DNA of 64,000 nt from Candidatus Woesearchaeota archaeon (GTDB lineage: Archaea > Nanobdellota > Nanobdellia > Woesearchaeales > 21-14-0-10-32-9), in assembly GCA_020854775.1 (NCBI GenBank), contig JAHKLZ010000005.1:119736-183735 (forward strand), written 5' to 3'. The position numbers and the translations under genes were made by a program. Shown here in pieces: positions 36,809-45,985 of this stretch; the first letter of the stretch is position 1, and each line of letters starts with the position of its first letter. Under the pieces are notes generated by a model. The model was not told where the DNA came from. It saw only the letters and a program-made list of their open reading frames with translations, and searched no databases.

Positions 36809-38086
36809 ATGTCTGAACTCATAATTCCTAATAAGGCTAGAAGGGAGCAATTAGCTGAATTAGTTTTGAATTCAGTGATTGAGCTTAATATGCCTTCTGA
36901 TGATTTGCTTATTGAATTATATGATCGTAGGCAATTAAGTGCGAATAAAAAAATTATTGAGACTTACTTTGAAAATGTATTAAGCAAAGTTGGTTCTGTT
37001 TCTGATTTAGACATCATTAAAACAATTAATGTTTATGAAAAAACCGAGATTTCTGTTAAGAAAAATGATATTTTAAATAAAGAATTTATGAATCCTATCA
37101 GGGATCATCTTAAAGACTGGGTTGTTCCTCCTGATGAATCTTTAAGGGTTTTGTTTGGCGATTATACTTCTTTTGCTAAAACTATTATTGATTTGTTTAA
37201 TCATGGTAAAACTAGGATACGAACTTGTAATTTGCCTTTTAACATGCACAATATTAGGTGTGCTGCTACTTCTGAGGCTTTGCAATATGATATTCATAAT
37301 AGTGGTAAGTATCATAATTTTTTGTGGTTGGTTCATGATAGCATAGAAGATTTGTTGCGTTCTGTTAAGGATAAAAAAGGTAATAATTATCAAATTAATG
37401 GATTAGATAAATTCTTAGGTGATTATTTTCCTTCTGAGCATCATGAGGATTTGATTTTGTTGAGTAATTTTTCTGATATGATTTTGAAGTATTTGAAGCA
37501 AAATAGGCATGTTAAGATTGAGAATGTGAAATCTTTAAATAAGAATTTGCATAAGCTTGAAAGAACTGCTACTAATAGCATTATTAAATATAATCTTCAG
37601 GAAATGATTGAAGTTATTCCTAAAGATGAGTATTTTAGTCATAATAATTTTTTTGAAGAAGTTAAGCTTTTTTTGTATGATAAAGTTTTTTTGAAGAATC
37701 TTGTTAATCGTGCTTTGGATAGGAATGAACTAGTTCTTGTTGAGGGTAAGGGTGTTTGCGATATGCAAGATAATTGCGATAGTAGGATTGCTCGGGAGTT
37801 ACCTGATATTAAGAATGCTATTTTGAAGATTGAGAATTGGTATGACCGAGTTATTAATGGATTAGATAATTATGAAGCCAGTATTTACTCTAATCTTACT
37901 AGAGATAGAGCTGAGCAATTGCTTCTTCATGCTAATTATAGTGCTAAAGTTCTTGGTGTTGAGTATTTGTCTAAGCCTATGGTGAGTCCTGATTATTTTT
38001 TATCTGGTTTCGATAGTATTTCTGAGTTGAGTTCTGTTTTTTATCGTAATCCTTGTTTTAAAAATAATTTTAGAAATCGTGTTTGA
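36809..38086 (+). CDS. hypothetical protein (425 aa), no recognised domain
   Basis: GAGGT 9 nt upstream of the ATG at 36809 (the ORF-track frame opens at 36758). Plus-strand-type codons. Stops one base from the stop of the convergent truncated helicase gene. Confidence 0.5.
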   Translation: MSELIIPNKARREQLAELVLNSVIELNMPSDDLLIELYDRRQLSANKKIIETYFENVLSKVGSVSDLDIIKTINVYEKTEISVKKNDILNKEFMNPIRDHLKDWVVPPDESLRVLFGDYTSFAKTIIDLFNHGKTRIRTCNLPFNMHNIRCAATSEALQYDIHNSGKYHNFLWLVHDSIEDLLRSVKDKKGNNYQINGLDKFLGDYFPSEHHEDLILLSNFSDMILKYLKQNRHVKIENVKSLNKNLHKLERTATNSIIKYNLQEMIEVIPKDEYFSHNNFFEEVKLFLYDKVFLKNLVNRALDRNELVLVEGKGVCDMQDNCDSRIARELPDIKNAILKIENWYDRVINGLDNYEASIYSNLTRDRAEQLLLHANYSAKVLGVEYLSKPMVSPDYFLSGFDSISELSSVFYRNPCFKNNFRNRV

Positions 38087-38752
38087 TTATTCTTTGAAGT
38101 GTATTTCCCCTTCGAGATATACTCCTTTTTTGAGTTTGACTGGTCTCCATGTGTCTTTTATTAGTTCTGCGTTTAGCCATTGTGCTAGTTGTTCTGGGTT
38201 TCCTATTGTTGCGGATAGTCCTATTATTTGTGCTTTTGGTAGTTCTTTTTTTAGTATTGCTATCACTATTTCTAGTGTTGGTCCTCTGTTAGGGTCATTT
38301 AATAAGTGTATTTCGTCTATTATTATTGTTCCTAGTTTTTTTATCCAGGGTGTTTTGTGTCTTAGTAATGAGTCAAATTTTTCGCTTGTTACGATTATTA
38401 AATCGTTGTTTCCTAGTGCTGTGTCTTCTGAGTCTAGTTCTCCTGTGCTTAGTCCTGTTTTTATTTCTGTGTATGTTTCTTTAAATGAATAATATTTTTC
38501 TGTTGCTAGTGCTCTTAGAGGTACTATATATACTGCTTTTTGTTTTTTATTTAGTATTGTGTTTAAGAATGACATTTCTGCGACGAGTGTTTTTCCTGAT
38601 GCTGTTGGCGTGCATATTAATTGGTTTTTTTCTTTAAATAATCCTTGTTTTATTGCTTTTGTTTGGCTTGGTCTTAGTTCTTCAAATTTTTTGTTTTCTA
38701 GTATTTCGTAGATATTTTTTGGTATTTCTTTTTTTAGTTCTGTGAGTTTCAT
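38087..38752 (-). CDS. Hel308/Ski2-like DNA helicase truncated to the first RecA domain (motifs I-III only); possible gene remnant or stand-alone ATPase module
   Basis: PSQTKAI (Q-motif-like), TPTASGKT (Walker A), IIIDEIHLL (DExH), LSATIGN (motif III), then QLAQWLNAELIKDTWRPVKL as in Hel308. ORF ends after 221 aa. RecA2, winged-helix and ratchet domains are absent. Confidence 0.7.
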   Translation of the reverse strand: MKLTELKKEIPKNIYEILENKKFEELRPSQTKAIKQGLFKEKNQLICTPTASGKTLVAEMSFLNTILNKKQKAVYIVPLRALATEKYYSFKETYTEIKTGLSTGELDSEDTALGNNDLIIVTSEKFDSLLRHKTPWIKKLGTIIIDEIHLLNDPNRGPTLEIVIAILKKELPKAQIIGLSATIGNPEQLAQWLNAELIKDTWRPVKLKKGVYLEGEIHFKE

Positions 38753-40441
38753 TCACATTTCCTCTGGTGCTGTTATTCCTAGTAGTGCTAAGCCATCTTT
38801 TAATATTATTCTTGTTTTGTTTATTAGGTGTAGTCTTGCGTTTTTTGTTTGTTCTTCTTCTTTTAGTATTGGTGTTTCGTGATAATACGAATTCAAAAGT
38901 TGTGCTAGTTCTAGTAAATATGTTGTTATTATTGATGGCTTATTATTTTTTGATGCGTTGTGTATTGTTTCTTCGTATTTTCTTAGTTTGTTTAGTATTT
39001 GTTTTTCTAGTTCTAGTTCTAATTTTGAATAATCAAGGGTTTTTTTTGGTTGTTCTTTTCTTAGTATGGAGCAAATTCTTGCGTGTGCGTATTGCACGTA
39101 TGGTCCTGATTCTCCTTGGAAATTTAATGATTTTTCTGGGTAATAAGTAAAATCTTTTAATGAATCGTATTTTAGTATGAAGAAATTGATTGCTCCTGTT
39201 GCGATTATTTTTTTTCTTTTTTGTAATTCTTCTTTTGTTATTTCAAGATATCTTTTTTGTAGTTCTTTTTCTGCTAGTTCTTCTAATTCTTTTTTGAAGT
39301 CGTCAGCATCTATTATTGTTCCTTCTCTTGATTTCATTCTTCCGCTTGGTAAATATATCATTCCGTAAGCTATGTGTATGCATTTGTTCCAGAAATCATA
39401 ATTTAGTTTTTTAAATATTTCAAATAGTGTTTTAAAATGATATATTTGTTCGCTTCCCACTATGTATCTAAATTCTTCTAATTTGTGTTCTGTGAATCTT
39501 TTTTTTGCTAAATATATATCTTGTGTTATGTAAATAGTAGTTCCATCTGATCTTAGTAAATATTTTTTGCCTAGCCCTTCTTTTTCTAAGTCTATGTATA
39601 TCGCGTTTGTTTCGTCTTTTTTGAATATTCCTTGTTTCAGTCCTTCTAGCACTATTTTTTTTCCTTCTTCGTATATGTCGCTTTCATATGTTTGTGAGTC
39701 TATTTTTATTCCGTATTCTTCGTATGTTTTTTTTGTTCCTTGTAGCCACCATTCTCTCATTTGTTTCCATAATTTTATTGTTTCTGGATTTTTTTGTTCC
39801 CATTTTTGTAGCATTTTTTGTGCTTCTTGTTCTAGTTCTGGTTTTTGTTTTAGTAGTTCTGAGAATTTTACGTAGTATTCTCCTACGAAGTGGTCTGGTT
39901 TTTTGTTTTCTTGTTCAGGCGTTTTGTTATTTCCTTGTTTTTGATACGCTAGCATTGATTTGCAGATGTGTGTTCCTTTGTCATTTACTATGTCAAACCA
40001 CGTGACTTTTTTTCCTGTTTTTTCATATATGTTTTTTAGACTTAGTCCTAGTAGCATGTTTCTTACGTGTCCTAGGTGTAGTGGTTTGTTTGAATTTGGT
40101 GATGGTGATTCTATTCCTATGTTTGTTTTTTCTTGTCTTTCTAATATGTAAGGTTCATTTATTTTTTCTAAAGTATTTTTTGCTAGTATTTCTATTTTTA
40201 TTTTAAAATTCAAGTAAGATCCTTCGTTTTGTGTTGTGAACCATTCTTTGTTTATTTTTGTTAGTTCTTCTGCTATTTTTTGAGGTGGTTTTTTTTGTGT
40301 TTTTGATAAGAAAAAGCAAGGTAGTGCGTAATCGCCTTGTTCTTGATTTTTTGGCGTTTCTATTAGTTCTAGTATTTGTGTTTTGTCTATATTTAGTTCT
40401 TTTGATATTATTTGAGCTAGTTCTTCTTTGAAGTTCATCAT
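38753..40441 (-). CDS. argS: arginyl-tRNA synthetase
   Basis: N-terminal Arg_tRNA_synt_N-like region. SPNSNKPLHLGHVRN (HIGH), class I core, C-terminal DALR-like anticodon-binding region. Confidence 0.9.
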   Translation of the reverse strand: MMNFKEELAQIISKELNIDKTQILELIETPKNQEQGDYALPCFFLSKTQKKPPQKIAEELTKINKEWFTTQNEGSYLNFKIKIEILAKNTLEKINEPYILERQEKTNIGIESPSPNSNKPLHLGHVRNMLLGLSLKNIYEKTGKKVTWFDIVNDKGTHICKSMLAYQKQGNNKTPEQENKKPDHFVGEYYVKFSELLKQKPELEQEAQKMLQKWEQKNPETIKLWKQMREWWLQGTKKTYEEYGIKIDSQTYESDIYEEGKKIVLEGLKQGIFKKDETNAIYIDLEKEGLGKKYLLRSDGTTIYITQDIYLAKKRFTEHKLEEFRYIVGSEQIYHFKTLFEIFKKLNYDFWNKCIHIAYGMIYLPSGRMKSREGTIIDADDFKKELEELAEKELQKRYLEITKEELQKRKKIIATGAINFFILKYDSLKDFTYYPEKSLNFQGESGPYVQYAHARICSILRKEQPKKTLDYSKLELELEKQILNKLRKYEETIHNASKNNKPSIITTYLLELAQLLNSYYHETPILKEEEQTKNARLHLINKTRIILKDGLALLGITAPEEM

Positions 40442-40517
40442 TGTTAGAAAGTATTAATGTATTATAAATGTTTTTTGTTAGTTTTAGAAAAAAATTAGTA
40501 AAAATAAAAAAAATGGT

Positions 40518-40955
40518 TTATAAGTGGTCATCTATTGATTTTTTTAGTGTTACGCTACCTGGTTTTGTAGCTTCGGACATTCTTTCTGTTAATTTTGCGT
40601 CTTCAGGGTCAGGTGATCTAGGATTGCTTATTCTGTATTTTATTGGTCCTTCGTATGTTATTGTTCCTTCTTCAGGATTATAAGTTCTCTTCATTTTTGT
40701 GGTATCGTCTCCTAAGTGTATTTCGCTTACATGGGTTGATTGATACTTTAAAGGTATGTTAAATTCTACTAATTCGTATCCTTTTGGTCCGTTTATTATT
40801 TGTGTTTCTGGTTGTGTGTTGCATTTATTTAGTAGAAAAGGTGTTGACATTATTCCTGCTATTAGTAAGCCTTTCGTTAAATTCTTAAAAAAATTTCCGT
40901 GGTTGTTTTTTTGTTCATTTTGATATTGTGATTCATTTGGTCTGTATTGATTCAT
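40518..40955 (-). CDS. hypothetical Q/N-rich protein with a TM or signal segment
   Basis: MNQYRPNESQYQNEQKNNHG...GLLIAGIMSTPFLL... Confidence 0.4.
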   Translation of the reverse strand: MNQYRPNESQYQNEQKNNHGNFFKNLTKGLLIAGIMSTPFLLNKCNTQPETQIINGPKGYELVEFNIPLKYQSTHVSEIHLGDDTTKMKRTYNPEEGTITYEGPIKYRISNPRSPDPEDAKLTERMSEATKPGSVTLKKSIDDHL

Positions 40956-40979
40956 GTTTTTTCACCTCTTTTTGGTTTT

Positions 40980-41222
40980 TTATAAGTATAGGGTTCTTAC
41001 AACGCTTTCCCAGTATTCTTGGTGTGTTTGTTTTGGTTTTTTTGATATTATTACGTCTTGTTTGTATTGTTGTATTTGCTTATTTTCTTGTGTTTTTGGC
41101 ATATAAGCTATGTGTTTAAAAGGATTCTGAGCGTTTGGATTGTTTTCTTGGTTGTTTGTTCTTAAATATTTGTTTTGGTTCATTTTGTTCACCTTTTTCT
41201 TATTATTAGTAAAGTAAAACAA
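40980..41222 (-). CDS. hypothetical small Q/N-rich protein
   Basis: 80-aa ORF. N-terminal composition similar to the 40518..40955 product. Confidence 0.3.
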   Translation of the reverse strand: MFYFTNNKKKVNKMNQNKYLRTNNQENNPNAQNPFKHIAYMPKTQENKQIQQYKQDVIISKKPKQTHQEYWESVVRTLYL

Positions 41223-41339
41223 CTATATAAATCTTTCTATTTTTTATCACTTTTTAGTAGTTAAAAAGGTTTTTTTGTTTTTTTGTTATAAAAAAGAACC
41301 CAAAAAGTATATAAAACAAACAATAATCACAGACTATAT

Positions 41340-41412
41340 GGCGGCCGTGGTGTACCGGCTAGCATTGAGGTCTGTGGAACCTTAGGACCGGGTTCGATTC
41401 CCGGCGGCCGCC
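41340..41412 (+). tRNA. tRNA-His(GUG) with genome-encoded G-1
   Basis: G(-1)-GCGGCCG-TG-GTGT-ACCGGCTA-GCAT-T-GAGGT-CTGTGGA-ACCTT-AGGA-CCGGG-TTCGATT-CCCGG-CGGCCGC-C. Discriminator C73 can pair with the encoded G-1. Confidence 0.85.
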
Positions 41413-41479
41413 CTTCTATAAAAGCTAAAATTATTCAATAACTTAGAAATATTTAAAGAAAAAAAAAATTAAAAAAGAA

Positions 41480-41644
41480 TTATTTTTTTTGCCATGCATA
41501 ACTACGCAATTTAGCACTTTTTCCGAATCCGCAACTAGAACAGACCTTATCTCTTGCATGAAAAGATATCTTTCCACATCTCCTGCAAGCTATGTGTGAT
41601 TTCTTGCCAGATCTTTTACCCATTGATGCTGTTCCTTTACTCAT
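41480..41644 (-). CDS. rpl37e: 50S ribosomal protein L37e (eL37), zinc-ribbon
   Basis: Manual translation of the minus strand: [54 protein letters not shown], with the C4 zinc ribbon of eL37. Not in the ORF track (shorter than 60 aa). Confidence 0.9.
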   Translation of the reverse strand: MSKGTASMGKRSGKKSHIACRRCGKISFHARDKVCSSCGFGKSAKLRSYAWQKK

Positions 41645-41653
41645 CTTTTAACC

Positions 41654-41881
41654 TCATTGCGGCGAAATTATTGTGATTGTGTCTCCTCTTATGAAAACCG
41701 TGCCTAATTGTTTTTTTAACTCTCCATCCACTCTTTCCTCTGCGTTATCTAGGACTGTGTTTATGTGAATGTCAAATGCTATTAAGCTACCCACGTATTG
41801 TCTTCCGTTCTTTAATTCTACTAATACTCTTTTATTTCTTGCCTTGTTTAATGCGTCTAAAGGCCTTGATGCTTGTTCCAT
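41654..41881 (-). CDS. Sm-like archaeal protein (SmAP/LSm)
   Basis: RVLVELKNGRQYVGSLIAFDIHINTVLDNAEE...VFIRGDTITII covers the Sm1 and Sm2 motifs. Confidence 0.9.
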   Translation of the reverse strand: MEQASRPLDALNKARNKRVLVELKNGRQYVGSLIAFDIHINTVLDNAEERVDGELKKQLGTVFIRGDTITIISPQ

Positions 41882-41906
41882 TTTTTACCCTCCAAAAAAA
41901 ATCAAA

Positions 41907-42287
41907 TTATTTTTTTAAGACTGCGTTTATGATTTTTTCTTGTCCTGGTCTACTAGTTATTACAGCTAATCCTTTTTCTGTTTCTATTATCGTGTTTTTT
42001 GTTAATATGTTTCGTCTAACATAGTTTCTGTTCGCCGAATTTTCTTTTACTGCTTTTATTTTTACTATTGCGTGTTTCCCTGTTTTCGGGTCGTAAACAT
42101 TTGCTAATTCAGCTGATAATAAATGTTCTTTTTTTGAACCACCTTTGGTTTTTTTAGTTTTAACTCTTAAAAAACCTATTGTTGGCAATGCTGCTTTATT
42201 ACCAGTCATATGCACTCTCTTTGTTCTTGTGCTCGTATTTCTCGCCCCTGAGGGTTTTCTTAATGATCTGTCTTGTACTACTACCAT
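41907..42287 (-). CDS. rps8e: 30S ribosomal protein S8e (eS8)
   Basis: SLRKPSGARN...ANVYDPKTGKHAIVKIKAVKENSANRNYVRRNILTKNTIIETEKGLAVITSRPGQEKIINAVL matches archaeal S8e end to end. Confidence 0.85.
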   Translation of the reverse strand: MVVVQDRSLRKPSGARNTSTRTKRVHMTGNKAALPTIGFLRVKTKKTKGGSKKEHLLSAELANVYDPKTGKHAIVKIKAVKENSANRNYVRRNILTKNTIIETEKGLAVITSRPGQEKIINAVLKK

Positions 42288-42350
42288 GAATATTGGAAAA
42301 AAACTTTGATTTATAAATCTTTGTATGCTCTCGACTATTATTATTTAGAA

Positions 42351-42695
42351 TTAGAGTAATGATAAGTGCCCTGTTATTTTATCTATTTTTTCTTCTGCGT
42401 CAGGCCCTATTCCTAGCACCGTTATTGTTCCTGGTTCTAAAAAAGTTCTTCCCGCGTCATTTATTAATCCTACTTTTAAATCATGATTTTTTGCTTGTAC
42501 TAATAAATCTCTTAATTCTTTGTCAGACAACACTTTTAATACTGATTTTTTCATTCCTTGTTTTTTCCAAGCTTGCACCATTTTTTGGTCAGAGTTCATA
42601 ACTGCTTCTACACTTCCATGTGCCACTTGTGCAGCTAATTTCCCTTTAGGCATTTTTAGATCCGTTCTTACTATTATTACTTGTTTTAAACTCAT
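42351..42695 (-). CDS. pth2: peptidyl-tRNA hydrolase, archaeal Pth2 type
   Basis: KQVIIVRTDLKMPKGKLAAQVAHGS...VLKVLSDKELRDL...DAGRTFLEPGTITVLGIGP is a Pth2-family full-length match (114 aa). Confidence 0.9.
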   Translation of the reverse strand: MSLKQVIIVRTDLKMPKGKLAAQVAHGSVEAVMNSDQKMVQAWKKQGMKKSVLKVLSDKELRDLLVQAKNHDLKVGLINDAGRTFLEPGTITVLGIGPDAEEKIDKITGHLSLL

Positions 42696-42866
42696 ATTTT
42701 TTAAATAAATTGTTTTAGTATATAAAATTGTTTAAATTATTTTATTCTCTATTAATACTTAAGAAAAAAGAAATATTTAAATACTAATGACTTAATATCT
42801 TTTATTAGCGCATTAATAAATACTAATAAGTAAAAATTATTGTTTTAAATACGAGGTGAATATGTA

Positions 42867-43346
42867 ATGGTGTGTAAAAAAAAGAAAAAAGGTCAAGCTG
42901 CTTTAGAGTTCTTGATGACTTATGGTTGGGCTTTCTTAGTCATATTAATTGTTATTGGCGCATTCGTTTATTTTGATGTTTTGAATCCTGCGAAACTTAT
43001 TCCTCCTAGGTGTAGTTTCCCTGCAGGTTTTACTTGTGATGAATTCGCTGTAAAAGATGATGGTGTAGAATTCACTATTGTTAACAGGTTGGGTTACACT
43101 ATTGATGGGTTCAATGCTGTTCTTATAGATTTAAATAATCCCGATGCTGAAATTAGTTGTACTTCAGATCCCGATACAGGAAATAGAGTTATTGATGGTG
43201 GAAGAATAACTTTTACTTGTGATGAAAATTTTGAGTATGTTTCTGGTGAACGATTCCAATCAGACATAATCGTGAAATATACTCGTGCTGGTGGAAATAT
43301 AGAACAACAATCTCGTGGTAGTTTAGGTGCTGAAGTACAGCAATAA
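42867..43346 (+). CDS. archaeal type IV pilin-like protein with class III signal peptide
   Basis: MVCKKKKKGQAALEFLMTYGWAFLVILIVIGAFVY is a basic stretch, then the KG|Q prepilin-peptidase site and a hydrophobic helix. TTTTAAATAC TATA-like box ~25 nt upstream. Confidence 0.7.
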   Translation: MVCKKKKKGQAALEFLMTYGWAFLVILIVIGAFVYFDVLNPAKLIPPRCSFPAGFTCDEFAVKDDGVEFTIVNRLGYTIDGFNAVLIDLNNPDAEISCTSDPDTGNRVIDGGRITFTCDENFEYVSGERFQSDIIVKYTRAGGNIEQQSRGSLGAEVQQ

Positions 43347-43394
43347 TTATTTTTTTTCTTTTTTTTATTTTCTTTTATTTAGTTCGGTGATGTT

Positions 43395-43853
43395 ATGAAG
43401 AAAAATAAAGGTCAAATTGCTTTAGAATTCATTATTACTTATGGTTGGGCTTTCTTAGTTATGTTAGTTGTTATAGGTGCTTTTTTTTATTTTAGGATGG
43501 GTCCTGAGCAAGTTGTTCCTCCTTCTTGTTTGTTTACTGATGATCTTTTTTGTATGGGTCATAAATTTAATGAATCTGGTTTAATTCTCGAAATGCGAAA
43601 TAATGCTGGTAGACCTGTTAATATCACTCATATTAGTTGTCAAATTGAACGATACGATAGAAACACGACTGAGTTTGTTCCTAGCATAGTCCTGGCCCCT
43701 AGTGATTCTAGTGCTGATATAATCTGTACGCCTGACGGCATTTATAATGAGCCTAGTTTGATTAGGTCTAACGTTGTTATTTATTATAAGTATCACGGTC
43801 AAGAATTTCCTAGAACTACTGAGGGAAACGTAATTGGTTATTTTTCTGATTGA
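43395..43853 (+). CDS. archaeal type IV pilin-like protein with class III signal peptide (paralogue of the upstream gene)
   Basis: MKKNKGQIALEFIITYGWAFLVMLVVIGAFFY has the same KGQ.ALEF..TYGWAFLV signature. Confidence 0.7.
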   Translation: MKKNKGQIALEFIITYGWAFLVMLVVIGAFFYFRMGPEQVVPPSCLFTDDLFCMGHKFNESGLILEMRNNAGRPVNITHISCQIERYDRNTTEFVPSIVLAPSDSSADIICTPDGIYNEPSLIRSNVVIYYKYHGQEFPRTTEGNVIGYFSD

Positions 43854-43864
43854 AGGTGTTTTTT

Positions 43865-44161
43865 ATGGTTACTAAAGATGATGTTTTTAAGGCTTTGATG
43901 AATGTTGTTGATCCAGATATAGGTGTAGACGTTGTTAGTCTTGGTTTAATTTATGATGTTAAAGTATCTGAGGATGAAGTTTTTGTTTTGTTCACTCTTA
44001 CTTTTCCTGGTTGTCCTTATGCTGATTTTCTTGTTAATGAAGTTAAAGAAACAGTTTCCGAGTTATCAGGTGTTAAAAGCGTAGAGGTTCGTTTAACTTT
44101 TGATCCTCCTTGGAATCCTGATAAGATTGATCCTGATATTCGTGCTGCTTTGAATATTTAA
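43865..44161 (+). CDS. DUF59 / MIP18-family Fe-S cluster assembly protein (SufT-like)
   Basis: DDVFKALMNVVDPDIGVDVVSLGLIYDV...FTLTFPGCPYADFL...VRLTFDPPWNPDKI is the DUF59 signature. AGGTG 9 nt upstream of the ATG at 43865. Confidence 0.75.
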   Translation: MVTKDDVFKALMNVVDPDIGVDVVSLGLIYDVKVSEDEVFVLFTLTFPGCPYADFLVNEVKETVSELSGVKSVEVRLTFDPPWNPDKIDPDIRAALNI

Positions 44162-44820
44162 AAGAATTTTAGTGCTTTTATTAGCTTTTTTTTTCTTAAG
44201 TAATTTCTGAGTTTTTTTTCTATGTCTTTTGTTTTGTATTTTGCTTCTTCCTGTTTGAATTCTTTGGAGTGATGAGTCATTCTCCCAGTCTTTGTTTTTT
44301 TGTATCCTAGCTTTTTATGTAATGCTTCATGAAATACAACATAATCAAGTAATTCTTGTTCTCCTTTAAGTACGGTGCTTATCATTATCGTATCAGTTGT
44401 GTATTCATAATGGCCTAATTTATTAAATGAATTAGTTCCCCAAACTAAGTTAGGTGTGTTTATTTCTTCATTGAAATAGTCTTTATTTATTTTGTTAAAA
44501 CTATTTAATAATTCAGGGTCTGATTTATCTATTTTTGAATAATTAGGTAAGTTCTTTATGAATTTATTATATAAATCGAGTTCGAAAGTTTCGTCGTAAT
44601 CTTGTTTAATTATTCTTATTAGTAAGCTTTGTATTAATCCTATTCTTAGTTCTTCTGAGAATTCTTCCCAGTTTTTACTTATAGAAAAAACTATTTTTTC
44701 TGAGTCATACTTAGCATTAGCATTAAATGGTTTAAACTTCGCAGAGTATTTTAATACAAATCTTCTTGTTTCTTTTTTATTAGGAAATAATGATTCGTAA
44801 GCTTTTTCAGCTAAATTCAT
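44158..44820 (-). CDS. DUF45/YgjP-like (SprT-like) metal-dependent hydrolase
   Basis: C-terminal VVFHEALHKKLGYKKTKTGRMTHHSKEF is the HExxH...H...F pattern of the YgjP/M48-like family. Confidence 0.5.
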   Translation of the reverse strand: MNLAEKAYESLFPNKKETRRFVLKYSAKFKPFNANAKYDSEKIVFSISKNWEEFSEELRIGLIQSLLIRIIKQDYDETFELDLYNKFIKNLPNYSKIDKSDPELLNSFNKINKDYFNEEINTPNLVWGTNSFNKLGHYEYTTDTIMISTVLKGEQELLDYVVFHEALHKKLGYKKTKTGRMTHHSKEFKQEEAKYKTKDIEKKLRNYLRKKKLIKALKFF

Positions 44821-45246
44821 TTAGGATTCCTCTTTTTTTGATTCTAGTAATATGTCTGCAGGATTTTTACATTTATTTATTTGACATTTTTTTATTATGT
44901 CCTCTATTAGGTTTCCTGTTGTTTCTGCGTCTCCGAATCCTATGATTAATTCATCTCCTATAAATGTTGTTGGCACTCCACTTTTTCGTTCATTGTATGC
45001 TTCAAGCAATAATATTAGCAATTCTTCGTTTTCTTGATTTGAAACTTCATAGCTTTTTATTTCTATGTCGTCATATTTGTTTTCTAAATTTTTTAAGAAT
45101 TCTTCTTGTATTTCGCAATTAGGACATCCTTTTTCCCAAAAATAATAAATTGTTATTTTTTCTGAATCATCACTTATTATAGGATTGTTACAAGCAAAAA
45201 ACACTAAGGATATTGTTAATAACGTGAACATAAAGATTTTTTTCAT
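44821..45246 (-). CDS. thioredoxin/glutaredoxin-fold lipoprotein (CxxC)
   Basis: Signal plus lipobox MKKIFMFTLLTISLVFFAC. YFWEKGCPNCEIQ is the CxxC active site. VPTTFIGDELIIGFGD. Confidence 0.6.
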   Translation of the reverse strand: MKKIFMFTLLTISLVFFACNNPIISDDSEKITIYYFWEKGCPNCEIQEEFLKNLENKYDDIEIKSYEVSNQENEELLILLLEAYNERKSGVPTTFIGDELIIGFGDAETTGNLIEDIIKKCQINKCKNPADILLESKKEES

Positions 45247-45307
45247 TTTTTTAACCTCTTTTTCTTAGTTATTATTGTTTGTAAATAAAAATTTAACTAA
45301 AATACGT

Positions 45308-45985
45308 TTAGTTTTTTATGTTGTAAGAATCATATTCGTTATTCCACGTATTTATTCTTATTAATTCTTTTGAATGTTTTTTTTCTGTTATTATTCTTAT
45401 TGTTTGAGTTACTTGTGTTGCTGACACAATCATCGTTATTGTGTTTATAACACCTATTTCATTGCAATTATCAAATGTTTCTCCAGTTCTTATTATTTTT
45501 TTGAACTTATCAGGATTATCTACCACTAATATGTTGCCTTTTATTCCTGTTGCTGCTGCGTGTATCCAAGTCTTGTTTTTTTCTTGACAATAATCATTTA
45601 TTATAAATCTAGAAGCCATGTTATCTGTACAATCCAATATTAAATCATAGTCATCAAGTTCTTTAGTATTACTCTTAGATAAGTATTCTTTTATTATTTT
45701 TATTTTTGTGTCTTTATTTATTTCGTTTAGTTCTTTTTTTGCTATTTCTACTTTTGATTTTCCTACATGTTTTTCTTTGTATAATACTTGTCTGTGCAAA
45801 TTTTCTATTATTATTATGTCTTTATCAAACAATAATAATTCGCCGATTCCTGCTCTTGTTAACAATTCAGAAGTTACTGTTCCCAATGCTCCTAAACCTA
45901 TTATGGCTATTTTAGCATTTCTTATTCTTTTTTGACCTTCAATACCTATTTCTTCTAGGATTTCTTGTCTTATGTATTTATTCAT
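45308..45985 (-). CDS. ThiF/MoeB/HesA-family E1-like adenylyltransferase
   Basis: IAIIGLGALGTVTSELLTRAGIGELLLFDKDIIIIENLHRQ is the nucleotide-binding Rossmann motif of MoeB/ThiF. No rhodanese domain. 225 aa. Confidence 0.85.
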   Translation of the reverse strand: MNKYIRQEILEEIGIEGQKRIRNAKIAIIGLGALGTVTSELLTRAGIGELLLFDKDIIIIENLHRQVLYKEKHVGKSKVEIAKKELNEINKDTKIKIIKEYLSKSNTKELDDYDLILDCTDNMASRFIINDYCQEKNKTWIHAAATGIKGNILVVDNPDKFKKIIRTGETFDNCNEIGVINTITMIVSATQVTQTIRIITEKKHSKELIRINTWNNEYDSYNIKN

